Assembly (NCBI GenBank): GCA_963674965.2
Contig: CAXXFL010000003.1
Span: 416,001-480,000, forward strand
Length of the DNA stretch: 64,000 nt
Reading direction: 5' to 3'
DNA from: a bacterium
GTDB taxonomy: Bacteria > RBG-13-61-14 > DATKZS01
Shown: in pieces, positions 26,465-35,774 of the stretch
Numbering within the stretch: the stretch's first letter is position 1
Layout: each line of letters starts with the position of its first letter
Notes under the pieces: generated by a model
The model's input: only the letters and a program-made list of their open reading frames with translations
Databases searched by the model: none
Told to the model about the DNA's origin: nothing
Position numbers and translations under genes: made by a program

Positions 26465-28258
26465 GTGGCCAAGGGTATTTATAAAAAGGACGAGCTCGAC
26501 GCGGTCGGGCAAAAGATCACCAGGCGCCTTATCAGGGAGAATCCCAACCTGGCGGGCGAGCTTTTGGACTCGGTCCCCAAAGAGGACCGCGCCCGTCTGG
26601 TCATGCGGTATCCGGCTCGGGACAGGATGGACCTGATAATGCTCTCGAGCGATCCGGAGGGTCTGATCGAGGCCATGGCCGCTCCCGACCTCTGGCTGTC
26701 CATCAAGGAGATCGGGGAAGAGGACGCCGTCGAGCTGGTGCGGCTGGCGGGGGCGGACAAGCTTCGCTACCTGTTCGACCTCGAGTGCTGGCACAAGGAC
26801 GTTCTCGATCCGCTGACCTTCGCCTTCTGGCTCAAGATACTGGCCGACGCCGGGCCGGAAAAGCTCATCGAGTGGTTCGAGGAATCGGACGAGGATTTCC
26901 TGGTGGCCTCCTTTTCCAAGTTCTTTAACGTCTACAAGAAGGACCCCGACGACGAGGGTTTCGAGCCCTGGCGCTCTTTCAAAAACCTCTGGACCCAGGA
27001 CGGGGTCTATTACCTCCACTTCAAGGACCCCTTTTTGGCGACGGTGGTGCAAAGCGCGCTCGAGGCCATACGATCGGCCCACGACTACAGATACTACGCG
27101 CTTTTAGACCACGTCGAGCTGGGCATGGGCGCCGAGGCTGAGGAGGCGGCCTATTCCTTCCGGGGCTCGCGCATGGCCGACCACGGCTTCCTCGAGCTGG
27201 AGGAGGCCATCTACGTTTACGCTCCCCTTTCCGACAAGGACCTTGCAAGGCTCGAGACCGAGGCGGCCAGTCCCCGCGAGAGTTGGTTCGAGGGTCCAGC
27301 GGGAGCGGCCGCGGCCTTTCCTCTCGCCCTGACCGACCCTCCGACCTTTTTCGGCCGGGCCCTTTCCCTGGTCGAGGACCCCGAGGTCATCGAGGACCTG
27401 GCCCTGGGCCTGGGGTCCCTGGTCAACCGCGTCATCGTGGCCGACGCCATGGACATGACCAAGGTCGAGAGCGTCCACGACGCCCTGGCCAAAAGCATGA
27501 CCTTCCTGGACCTGGGCCTTAAGCGATGGTCGGGAGGAGACCTGGAAAAGGCGGCCCACCTGCTTCGCGCCCAGCATCCCCTTTACCTTTTCCGGGCGGG
27601 CTACTCGAGGGTATTGGCCCTGGGCAGGCGGGCGGGGACCCTCAAGCGTTCCGGCTGGCCCTCGCGCTACGACTTCGGTCTCGAGCTTCTCGGCGAGGAC
27701 GGCCCGGTCATCGAGGGCCTTTCCAAACCCCGGCCTCTTTATTACGCGGGAGCGGGCGAGAACGGGGAGGCACTTTTCGTCGAGTTCCGCTCGGGGGAGG
27801 AGATCGAGAGGGCGGAGCGGGCGACGCGGCGCGCCGAGTTCATGGGCCTGGTCTTTTTCGAGGCCCTGGGAATCACCGACCGGGAATTGGCCAACCTGAA
27901 GCGGGCCTACCAGGGACTGGCCCTTAATTGGGAGACGGTATTTCTCACCGCGGCGGCCCGGGCCTTTTCCGGCTCGGGCTTCGGCTTCGAGCCCCTTTCG
28001 GCCCAGGACGCCGGAAGCGCCCTCGAGGCCATGCTCACGCCCGGCGCTCCTCGCGAGGTCCGCCCCGACGCGGCTCGCGAGCTTCGCTCGAGACTGACGG
28101 GCGCCGTGTCCCGCCTGGCCGCCGCCGGCGACGAGGAACTCGAGATGGCCTCGAGCCTGGCCGACTCTTGCCTCGAGCTTTTGGCTGAGGAAGCGCGCTC
28201 GATATGCCTGGAAGAGTTGGACCCGAGATACATCGAGTGGCTGGTAATCGAGGGGTGA
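26465..28258 (+). CDS. DUF6178-like conserved hypothetical protein
   Basis: IKEIG.EDA, DLECW..D, R.ADHGF..LEEA, NRVIVAD and LFRAG pattern, recalled as this family. GGAGG precedes GTG 26465; ATG 26423 is an alternative. Confidence 0.75.
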   Translation: MAKGIYKKDELDAVGQKITRRLIRENPNLAGELLDSVPKEDRARLVMRYPARDRMDLIMLSSDPEGLIEAMAAPDLWLSIKEIGEEDAVELVRLAGADKLRYLFDLECWHKDVLDPLTFAFWLKILADAGPEKLIEWFEESDEDFLVASFSKFFNVYKKDPDDEGFEPWRSFKNLWTQDGVYYLHFKDPFLATVVQSALEAIRSAHDYRYYALLDHVELGMGAEAEEAAYSFRGSRMADHGFLELEEAIYVYAPLSDKDLARLETEAASPRESWFEGPAGAAAAFPLALTDPPTFFGRALSLVEDPEVIEDLALGLGSLVNRVIVADAMDMTKVESVHDALAKSMTFLDLGLKRWSGGDLEKAAHLLRAQHPLYLFRAGYSRVLALGRRAGTLKRSGWPSRYDFGLELLGEDGPVIEGLSKPRPLYYAGAGENGEALFVEFRSGEEIERAERATRRAEFMGLVFFEALGITDRELANLKRAYQGLALNWETVFLTAAARAFSGSGFGFEPLSAQDAGSALEAMLTPGAPREVRPDAARELRSRLTGAVSRLAAAGDEELEMASSLADSCLELLAEEARSICLEELDPRYIEWLVIEG

Positions 28259-28321
28259 ACGCTGGTCGTTCCCCCTCAGCGGGACGTTAGCGGATTCACC
28301 TTCAGAGGGGCGGTAACGGAT

Positions 28322-29143
28322 TCACCCGCCGGCTCGAGGCCTTTCCCTGGCGCTCATTTCCTCGAGCGCCACGTCGCGGGCGCGCTCGGGGTTTTTGATT
28401 CGGTACAGCACGTAGATGCTGAGCTCGCGGGGAACGTTCTTGCCCTTGGCCCCCGCGGCGAAGAAGCCCGCGCCGGCCCCGCCCTTGCCGCCTCCCGCGG
28501 CCGCCCCGGCTATGGCCATGTCCTGGCCCATGCCCAGGCCCGTGCTGGTGATGGGTATTACGGTGCCGAAATTGAAAATCTTGCCCAGCATCCCCTTTTG
28601 TAGCATCAGGTCGTCAATCTTCGAGTAGAGGGTGCTGCGCTCGGTAATCTTGAGGGCGCCGAACCTGGCCACGATGCGGTGAGTGGTAAGGTAGTATCTG
28701 TGGCCCCTTCGAAATATCTCGACGCCCACCACGCCGACCAGGCCCACCGCCAGGAGCATAACGTTCTCGAGATGGGAATGGGCGTCCTCACTAAAGCCCA
28801 GGGCCTCGCGGACCTTCCACCAGATAAGAAAACGGCCCGCCAGCAAAAGAAGAAGCACGATAACGTAGCCGAAGTTGATCCGAAATATGGCCATGATCAA
28901 AAGGGGAAGAAGGATGGACACGGTCCAGATAACGCCGTAAGCGTGGTTGGCGATGAAGTCGAATTTGACCTTGTCCTTGATGGCCGCCGTAATCTCCGGA
29001 TAAAACAGGAAGAAAACGACGCCAAGGACCGCGATGTAAAGCCAGAAGGCCATAAGGCCGAGCATCGAGAACGGATGAGGACGGGCGTATAGTATCACTT
29101 CCTCGCCGTCAAGCAATGAAAAGGGCGGTCTCGCGGATGACAT
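28322..29143 (-). CDS. membrane protein with bacterial PH (bPH_2-like) domain
   Basis: Four TM segments, then YYLTTHRIV...KIDDL...GKIFNFGTV; GGAGG SD before ATG 29143. Confidence 0.8.
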   Translation of the reverse strand: MSSARPPFSLLDGEEVILYARPHPFSMLGLMAFWLYIAVLGVVFFLFYPEITAAIKDKVKFDFIANHAYGVIWTVSILLPLLIMAIFRINFGYVIVLLLLLAGRFLIWWKVREALGFSEDAHSHLENVMLLAVGLVGVVGVEIFRRGHRYYLTTHRIVARFGALKITERSTLYSKIDDLMLQKGMLGKIFNFGTVIPITSTGLGMGQDMAIAGAAAGGGKGGAGAGFFAAGAKGKNVPRELSIYVLYRIKNPERARDVALEEMSARERPRAGG

Positions 29144-29213
29144 GTTATTATCTTGCCTCCCCGGCGACCCGATCCATGACCCGGGCCGCCGCGTAATCGT
29201 ATCCAACGGTATA

Positions 29214-30266
29214 TCAGCCGGCTTTGATGGACGGTCCCCTCTTCATTTTGGAGGAGATGAAGTAGCCAAGGACAAGTCCCAAAACCAGGCCGACGATAAA
29301 AAGGACCGCGCCAAGAAAACCGCCGCCGCCCGACTTTGGCTTCGGGGCTTTTGGCGGCTCGATCTCCTCGATCTTAATCCTCGAGGGGGCCGGGCACTGA
29401 GGACAGGCGCTCATGTCGGGAATAACGGCCGTAAGGGCCGGCAATTTCTCTTCTTTGTCGGTCGCCGCGTTCCAAAGCGTCGCGGCCAGCTTGACCTTGA
29501 CCGGCCCCTTCACGCCGTCGGGGACCTTGACCGCCACGTCCCAGGAGCCGCCCTTGCCGCCCACGCTCTCGAAGTCGGACATGGGAACGATCACATCCAC
29601 CTCGGGAGGATCGACGTCCTCCACGTCCAGGAGCAGCCGATAGTCCCCGGATTTGCCCGTCTTGTCCTCCAGCCGGGTCACGTTATAGCGGGCCTTGATC
29701 GAGTAATCGGTCTTGCCCTTTTCTATGCCCGCCGGGGCCTCGAGCGAGAAAACGCCCACCATGGGGGAGGCGGGTTCGGCCTCGGGGCACTCGGCTTGGT
29801 CGCGGCCGTGATCCTCGCATGACCCCCTTACCCAGCGGGTGACGTACCTGAGCTCGCCGCAATCCTCGAGGTCCTTCTCGAGTCGGCCGATTTTCTTTCT
29901 GGCAAGGTCGTATTCGAGACAGCAGTCACGGTTTGATTCGCAAGGCGGCGGTGGCGGGCATTTTCCCCCCCGCGCCGAGGCAAGAAGCGCGGCGGCCTCG
30001 GCGTCGTCGGCCGCGGCGTTGTACTCGCAGGAGGCCAGGTTGTAGCGCCAGGTAAAGCTATCGAATTCCCCGGCCTCGAAACGATCCAGCGACTTTCGAT
30101 AGAGGTCCGGGGAACTTGCCTCGGCGCCGGCCGCCTGGGCCTCGCTTATTCGACTCTCCGCCTCAGCCCGAGCCTCCAGGCTTTTCAGTCTCCTGGCGCA
30201 CCCGGACGATACGGCCAAGGCGAGAATGGACAAAACACTAACGGCAACCGCGTCGAACTTCCGCAT
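29214..30266 (-). CDS. Cys-rich lipoprotein with DUF4398-like N-terminus and C-terminal TM anchor
   Basis: Lipobox SSGC, Ala-rich helical region, many Cys, and a C-terminal hydrophobic helix followed by basic residues; AGGAGG SD. Confidence 0.75.
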   Translation of the reverse strand: MRKFDAVAVSVLSILALAVSSGCARRLKSLEARAEAESRISEAQAAGAEASSPDLYRKSLDRFEAGEFDSFTWRYNLASCEYNAAADDAEAAALLASARGGKCPPPPPCESNRDCCLEYDLARKKIGRLEKDLEDCGELRYVTRWVRGSCEDHGRDQAECPEAEPASPMVGVFSLEAPAGIEKGKTDYSIKARYNVTRLEDKTGKSGDYRLLLDVEDVDPPEVDVIVPMSDFESVGGKGGSWDVAVKVPDGVKGPVKVKLAATLWNAATDKEEKLPALTAVIPDMSACPQCPAPSRIKIEEIEPPKAPKPKSGGGGFLGAVLFIVGLVLGLVLGYFISSKMKRGPSIKAG

Positions 30267-30570
30267 ATACAGCCTCCTCTTTATAACCGCCGCTTCACGC
30301 GACTAAAACCCTAATCGACGTTATTAACATAATATCATAAAGTGAATAGGTTTTTCAAGTAAAATCGAATGGATCGCCCATTGGCCCTCTTTTGGAGATG
30401 GGCGCGTTAAATTCCGGTCCCAAGAATGGAACTATTGATAATGAATAATAATTATCCCTCTTTGCCTTTTATCTTGCATATTCGGTTAAATTCCGGACCT
30501 TTAAAAGAATATCGGATTCGGGCAAACTTTTTCTTGCGACCCGGCAAGGTATACACTATCTTTAAAGCCC

Positions 30571-31797
30571 ATGGATATCTTCATTGCGCGGCAACCCATC
30601 TTTGACGTCAACCAGAAGGTATACGGCTACGAGCTCCTTTTCCGGTCGGGCCAGGCCAATTATTGCGACGCTCTTGACGGCGACAGCGCCAGCATGAACG
30701 TCATCACCAACAGCCTGGTGCTTATCGGCATAGACAAGCTAACGGGCGGCCGCAAGGCTTTTATCAATTTGACCCGCAGCCTCATCATCAGGATGAGCGA
30801 CTTGAACCTTCCCCGCGAGTACTACGTGATGGAAGTCCTCGAGGACGTGGAGCCGGACGAGGAAATAGTCGAGGCGGTCCAAAACCTCAAGAAGCTGGGC
30901 TACGACGTGGCCCTGGACGATTTCGTTTTCGACGAGCGTTTTACTCCCCTTCTCGATCTGGCCGATATCATCAAGATCGACTTCATGCAGACGCCTCCGG
31001 AGGAAAGGAAGGCCCTGATCGACAAATGGGGCGGTCCCGACCTCAAGTTCCTGGCGGAGAAGGTCGAGACGAGGGACGAGTTCGAGTTGGCCCTCGACAT
31101 GGGCTATTCCTACTTCCAGGGCTATTTCTTCGAGAAGCCCGCCGTCATCTCGAAAAAGGCCGTGCCCGGGTTCAAGATCAACTCCCTTCGCCTTTTGGGC
31201 GAGCTTTACAAATCGGACGTGGACCTGGAGGAATTGGAAAAGATCATCAAGCCCGACGTCTCGCTGACCTACAAGCTCTTAAGGCTCATCAACTCGGCGG
31301 CCTTCGGCATCTCCAAGGAGATCAAGTCCGTCAAGCACGCCCTTATCATGCTGGGCATGAAGGCCGTTCGCAACTGGGTGTCCCTTATTACCCTGGCGGA
31401 CATGGGCCAGGACAAGCCGGAGGAACTCCTGGTCCAGACCATCGTCCGGGCCCGTTTCCTCGAGCTTATGGCCCCCGTCATCGGCCTGGACCAAAGGGCG
31501 CCGGACTGCTTTTTAATGGGCATGTTCTCCACCCTCGACGCGGTCCTGGACGTCACGATCGAGGACGCCCTGGCCGACCTTCCCCTGGCCGAGGACGTTA
31601 AGTCGGCCATCATCGGGGGAGACGGCCAACTCGGGTCGCTCTTTACCGCCGCCACCGCCTACGAGAAGGCCGACTTCCAGGCCTTCGCCGACTACGCCGG
31701 GGGAAAATCCCTCCCCCTCGCCGCCGCGCCCGACCTATACTTCGAGGCCGTCGACTGGGCCAACCAGATTTATCAAAACGTGTCCAAAGCCGAATAA
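30571..31797 (+). CDS. EAL and modified HD-GYP (HDOD) domain protein, YuxH-like
   Basis: ARQPI, GYELLFR, ALDDF, IKID, LAEKVE, QGYFF and LLRLINSA motifs. Confidence 0.92.
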   Translation: MDIFIARQPIFDVNQKVYGYELLFRSGQANYCDALDGDSASMNVITNSLVLIGIDKLTGGRKAFINLTRSLIIRMSDLNLPREYYVMEVLEDVEPDEEIVEAVQNLKKLGYDVALDDFVFDERFTPLLDLADIIKIDFMQTPPEERKALIDKWGGPDLKFLAEKVETRDEFELALDMGYSYFQGYFFEKPAVISKKAVPGFKINSLRLLGELYKSDVDLEELEKIIKPDVSLTYKLLRLINSAAFGISKEIKSVKHALIMLGMKAVRNWVSLITLADMGQDKPEELLVQTIVRARFLELMAPVIGLDQRAPDCFLMGMFSTLDAVLDVTIEDALADLPLAEDVKSAIIGGDGQLGSLFTAATAYEKADFQAFADYAGGKSLPLAAAPDLYFEAVDWANQIYQNVSKAE

Positions 31798-31838
31798 TAA
31801 GCCCGCGCGGGCGTCCCTGAAAACAACCGGCGCCAAAA

Positions 31839-32675
31839 TCACCTTTCCTTCATGCCGTTTAAAATCCCGCTTATCGTTTTCATCACGAAATGATAGCCCG
31901 GAAAGAAGTGCTTCTTCATCCAGTATACCGCCCGGATGTCCCACGAGGTTATTACCAGAAATTTCTCCTTTTCGATCGCGTCGATTATCTGCCGCGCCAC
32001 CTCGTCGGGAGAAATGGCGTGACTCTCGAAGCGGGAGATGATCTTCCTTATCCTCTCGCTCTCCCTGTTCACCCCCAGGATTTCCACCGAATGCTTGATC
32101 GGGGTGTCCACCGCGCCGGGGCAGACGGCGGTCACGCCCACGTTGTGTTGCATGAGGTCGTAGCGGAGCACCTCGGACAGGCCAAGGAGTCCCCACTTGG
32201 TGGTCGAGTACGCCGCGTGCCAGGGCGCGCCGGTCAAGCCGGCGGTGGAGGAAATATTCACCAGGTGTCCCTTCCTCGCCCGGATCATCTCCGGCAGGAA
32301 ACACTCGATACCGTGTATCGGGCCCCACAGGTTGACGTTTATCACTTTCCTCCAATGCTCATGCGTCATGTCCTCGACCAGCGCGAAAAGGGCGATGCCC
32401 GCGTTGTTGACGAGGACGTCAAGGGGGCCAAGCTCCGCGTGGACCTTGTCGGCGAAGGACTTCACGTCATCATAGCTCGAGATATCGAAGGTCGCCCAGA
32501 GGCTGACCTCCCCGCCGCCTTGCTCGACGAGACGGACCGTTTCCTCGAGTCCCGGCGCGTTTATATCGGTAAGGATCAAACGCGCGCCCCTCTTTCCCAT
32601 GGCCAGGGCCGTCGACCTTCCAATGCCCCCGGCCGCGCCGGTGATAAAAACCTTGCTTCCCTTGGAAAGACGCAT
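31839..32675 (-). CDS. SDR family oxidoreductase
   Basis: ITGAAGGIG, NNAGI, YSTTK and VCPG motifs; AAGGAG SD before ATG 32675. Confidence 0.92.
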   Translation of the reverse strand: MRLSKGSKVFITGAAGGIGRSTALAMGKRGARLILTDINAPGLEETVRLVEQGGGEVSLWATFDISSYDDVKSFADKVHAELGPLDVLVNNAGIALFALVEDMTHEHWRKVINVNLWGPIHGIECFLPEMIRARKGHLVNISSTAGLTGAPWHAAYSTTKWGLLGLSEVLRYDLMQHNVGVTAVCPGAVDTPIKHSVEILGVNRESERIRKIISRFESHAISPDEVARQIIDAIEKEKFLVITSWDIRAVYWMKKHFFPGYHFVMKTISGILNGMKER

Positions 32676-32752
32676 GCTTATCTCCTTAAAGTCAAGTCCT
32701 GAAAGGTTTGTTGGACGCTTTAGAGTTTCCCATTGCCCGCAATAATTTTTCC

Positions 32753-32812
32753 TTGACATTGATTAAATATTTTTATAAAATTGATCTTATCAATTAAGGA
32801 TAAATATGTCAA
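32753..32812. promoter_or_regulatory. overlapping divergent sigma70 promoters with central palindromic operator
   Basis: Plus strand: TTGACA(32753)-17-TAAAAT. Minus strand: TTGACA(32812)-17-TAAGAT. Palindrome AATTGAT-CTT-ATCAATT at 32779-32795. Confidence 0.75.
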
Positions 32813-33060
32813 GAAAAAAGGGCCGTTTTAATGAACATCCGTAAAAGCCCCCCATTTGGAATGCGGCGGCTCGACGCCGCTTTTCTTCCGAGCGGCTTGA
32901 CGCGAGGCAAGCGGTTGTATTGCCAGGCCGTGTCAAGCCAAGGCCATCGAAAGCGGTATTAAACGACCGCGGTCCAAAGCGGCTTTGCCGCCAAGAAAAG
33001 GCCTTTTGCAAGAAGCTCGAAAAAAATGAACCATGGATAAGATTTAAAACGGAGAGATAT

Positions 33061-33825
33061 ATGAGCGGTCCCCAGCGACATGAGACGGTTGTTAACGCCC
33101 TGATAAAAAAGATTTTCCTCGGCCACCTCAGGCCCGACGCCAAGCTTCCCCCGGAAAAAAAGCTCTCCCAGGAGATGGAGATCGACCGGACCTCGCTTCG
33201 CCTCGGGCTCAAGCGGCTCGAGTCCATGAAGGTCCTTACCATCCGCCAGGGAGACGGCATTTACGTACGGGATTACTTGAAGAACGCGGGCCTGGATTTT
33301 CTCTCCGCCGCCTTTGAGTACTCCGAGGATGAAAGGGGCCGGATCGAGATCGACCCGTACCTTCTGGACGAGATCTGGGAGTTCTGGATCATGTTCTTTC
33401 CGCCCGTCATCCGGCTTGCCTTGAAGCGCGGCTCCACCCGCGATCTCAAGGACCTGGTCGACATCGTGGCCGGCCAGGAGGAGGCCGCGGCCGTCCTGGA
33501 CCGCAAAAGGGTCGCCGAGCTGGGTATCGAGCTTCAGGACCGGGTCGCTGGGGTAGTCAACAACACCCTCGTTATTTTGCTTTTCAATTCCTGCCGTCCC
33601 CTCAGGAGGAGGATCATGGAGATGCTCTTCGAGTCGATGGGCAAAGAGGATTTGCTGGAGGTGATAAACGGGCAGAAGGCCTTCCTCCAGGCGGCCATCG
33701 CCGGGGGGGAGGACGAGGTGGAAAAGGGACTTGAGGCGCTTACGGCCAAGTACGAGTCATATCGTAAAAGGACGCGGGAGGCAATGAGGGAGTCTCTGGG
33801 CGTCCTTTCGCCCAAGCCTGACTAA
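33061..33825 (+). CDS. GntR/FadR family transcriptional regulator
   Basis: wHTH KLPPEKKLSQEMEIDRTSLRLGLKRLE...RQGDG; GGAG SD before ATG 33061. Confidence 0.9.
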   Translation: MSGPQRHETVVNALIKKIFLGHLRPDAKLPPEKKLSQEMEIDRTSLRLGLKRLESMKVLTIRQGDGIYVRDYLKNAGLDFLSAAFEYSEDERGRIEIDPYLLDEIWEFWIMFFPPVIRLALKRGSTRDLKDLVDIVAGQEEAAAVLDRKRVAELGIELQDRVAGVVNNTLVILLFNSCRPLRRRIMEMLFESMGKEDLLEVINGQKAFLQAAIAGGEDEVEKGLEALTAKYESYRKRTREAMRESLGVLSPKPD

Positions 33826-33850
33826 GGGCCCCGGGTCTAAGGAGGACCGC

Positions 33851-34501
33851 ATGAAACATATCGGACTTATACTCTCGATATTGGCCGCCCTCGCCCTGGC
33901 GTGGGGGGCGGGCGCCGAAAATAACGAAAAGAAGACGGAAGCCTCGCCCCTTGGCCGGCTATCGCCCGAGCATCAAAAGCTCCTCCTCGCGGGGGAGAGG
34001 GTCTACCTGCCCAAGGTGGTGGAGGAAAAGGGCGAGAAGCGATTCAGCGCCGCGGCCATGATCATCGTGGACAAGCCCGTTGATGATTGCTTCAAACTGT
34101 TTTGCCAGTTCGAGAAGCAGTACATGTACTTTCCCAAGATCACGAAGAGCGAGGTCCTGTCCAAGTCGGAGGACCGCGTGGTGATCTACAAGGAGGCCGA
34201 TATCTCGATCACCACCATCAGCTACACCCATATTCTCGAGATCGACCAAAAGGACCACCGCGTGGATTTTTCCACCGACCCCTCGGGTAAGAACACCATC
34301 AATTTCTCGAGGGGCTTTTTCCAGTTCGAGAAAATAGACGACAAACGGTCCCTCTTCACTTACGAGCTGACCGAGATCGACCCGGGCGTGGACGTGCCCC
34401 AGTTCATCCAGAAATTCTTCACCTCGCGGGAGTTGCCCGCCATGGTGGTCAACCTCAAAAAATGGATCGAGTCCGACGGGACCTGGAAAAGGGAAGACTG
34501 A
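33851..34501 (+). CDS. exported SRPBCC/START-fold ligand-binding protein
   Basis: Signal peptide; pattern FEKQYMYFPKITKSEVL ... DPGVDVPQFI resembles START/cyclase folds; AAGGAGG SD. Confidence 0.75.
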   Translation: MKHIGLILSILAALALAWGAGAENNEKKTEASPLGRLSPEHQKLLLAGERVYLPKVVEEKGEKRFSAAAMIIVDKPVDDCFKLFCQFEKQYMYFPKITKSEVLSKSEDRVVIYKEADISITTISYTHILEIDQKDHRVDFSTDPSGKNTINFSRGFFQFEKIDDKRSLFTYELTEIDPGVDVPQFIQKFFTSRELPAMVVNLKKWIESDGTWKRED

Positions 34502-34517
34502 ACGCGGCCGCCTCGGC

Positions 34518-35633
34518 TTATCTTTTCAGCCTCACCTTGAGCCCCGACAAGGCGATGGAGGGCGCCAGCCTTACGCCCAGGGTGGCGAAGGACTTGGAGG
34601 GGGCCTGGTAGTCGGGGTTGTCCGCAAGCTCGATGGCCTTCTGCTTGCAAACGGGAACGCAGGCGCCGCAGCCGATGCATTTTTGCGGGTCGTACTCGTG
34701 TTTTTTATCCTTTATTTGATGGGCGTGGGTGTTGCACGCCTTGACGCACTTGCCGCAGAGGTTGCACTTCGTCTCGTCCACCTTGGCCAGGAAACGGGGA
34801 CGGGCCATGAGGGGCTTGCCGCCGTAATGGTTGACCGCCTCAAGGAAATGGCAACAGCAGTCGCAGCAGGTGCAGATGGCGTTGGGGCTGGAGGGCGACA
34901 CGTTGGCCGTCATAAACACGAGGCCCTTTTCCCATCTCTCGTCCGCGACGTCCTTCATCTTCTCTCGGTCCACCTGGACCCCGTTGCCCCGCTCGGCCGT
35001 GGACTCGGCGAAGCTTCCGAACACGAGACAGCCGTCCTCCGGCCTGGCCCGGCGGCACTCCTTTTCCGTGAACCGCGTGGACTGGCGGCACTGGCAGACG
35101 TTCAAGATGGCGAAACGGTCGTGGGCCTCGATCATCTCAGAGACCAGCTCCGAGTCGAGCACCTGGTTTTTGGTCTCGACCACGCTTTGCACCGGTATGT
35201 TCCTGATGGCGGGGGAGGAAGGGCCTATGTACTCCCGGGTGTAGCCGCTCGAGTAAACGTCGATCAGGAGCCTGGCGTATTCCCTGTACCATTCGTCGTC
35301 GTCACCCCGCATGAGCAGGTACTCGAACATGCCCGGGATGAGAGGCAAAAGGGAGTAGCCCTTTTCGCCGCCGTAAATGGTCCTTCTCGCGGCCATCGAG
35401 TCAAGGACTGGCCTTATCTCGTCGGGGTCCCTTTTCAGCTTGGCCGCAATCTTCAAAAGGGGCCTCGGGTAATAATAAGGAAGGGCCCTGGCCAGGACCG
35501 CCTCCTCGGGTGTGAAAAGGTGAGCCACCAGCCGGACCAGCTTGTCGTTCATGGGAGGACCAAGCAGCAAAACGGAACTGAAAATCCTGGCCAGTTCCAC
35601 CTGGGCCGGATGAAAAACTTTTTCCTCGCTCAT
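34518..35633 (-). CDS. 4Fe-4S binding protein with N-terminal wHTH-like region
   Basis: FTPEEA, CQCR, ICTCCDCCC, CNLCGKCVKAC and CIGCGACVPVC; AAGGAG SD before ATG 35633. Confidence 0.88.
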   Translation of the reverse strand: MSEEKVFHPAQVELARIFSSVLLLGPPMNDKLVRLVAHLFTPEEAVLARALPYYYPRPLLKIAAKLKRDPDEIRPVLDSMAARRTIYGGEKGYSLLPLIPGMFEYLLMRGDDDEWYREYARLLIDVYSSGYTREYIGPSSPAIRNIPVQSVVETKNQVLDSELVSEMIEAHDRFAILNVCQCRQSTRFTEKECRRARPEDGCLVFGSFAESTAERGNGVQVDREKMKDVADERWEKGLVFMTANVSPSSPNAICTCCDCCCHFLEAVNHYGGKPLMARPRFLAKVDETKCNLCGKCVKACNTHAHQIKDKKHEYDPQKCIGCGACVPVCKQKAIELADNPDYQAPSKSFATLGVRLAPSIALSGLKVRLKR

Positions 35634-35774
35634 GCCGTCTCCTTCTTTTTGCGCCGCTTCCCTCCAGCCCCTCCGCCCGGGCCGGACCCCTATATCTTTT
35701 TGCGCCCATTGTTTTTTTCCATTTGCATTGAGGAAAAAACGCGGAGCGGTTAAAATGTTATTACATGGAGAGGA

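Noticed and set aside
32781-32793. FNR box
   Set aside because: The spacing is TTGAT-N3-ATCAA, not N4. It fits a FadR-type operator next to a GntR gene better.
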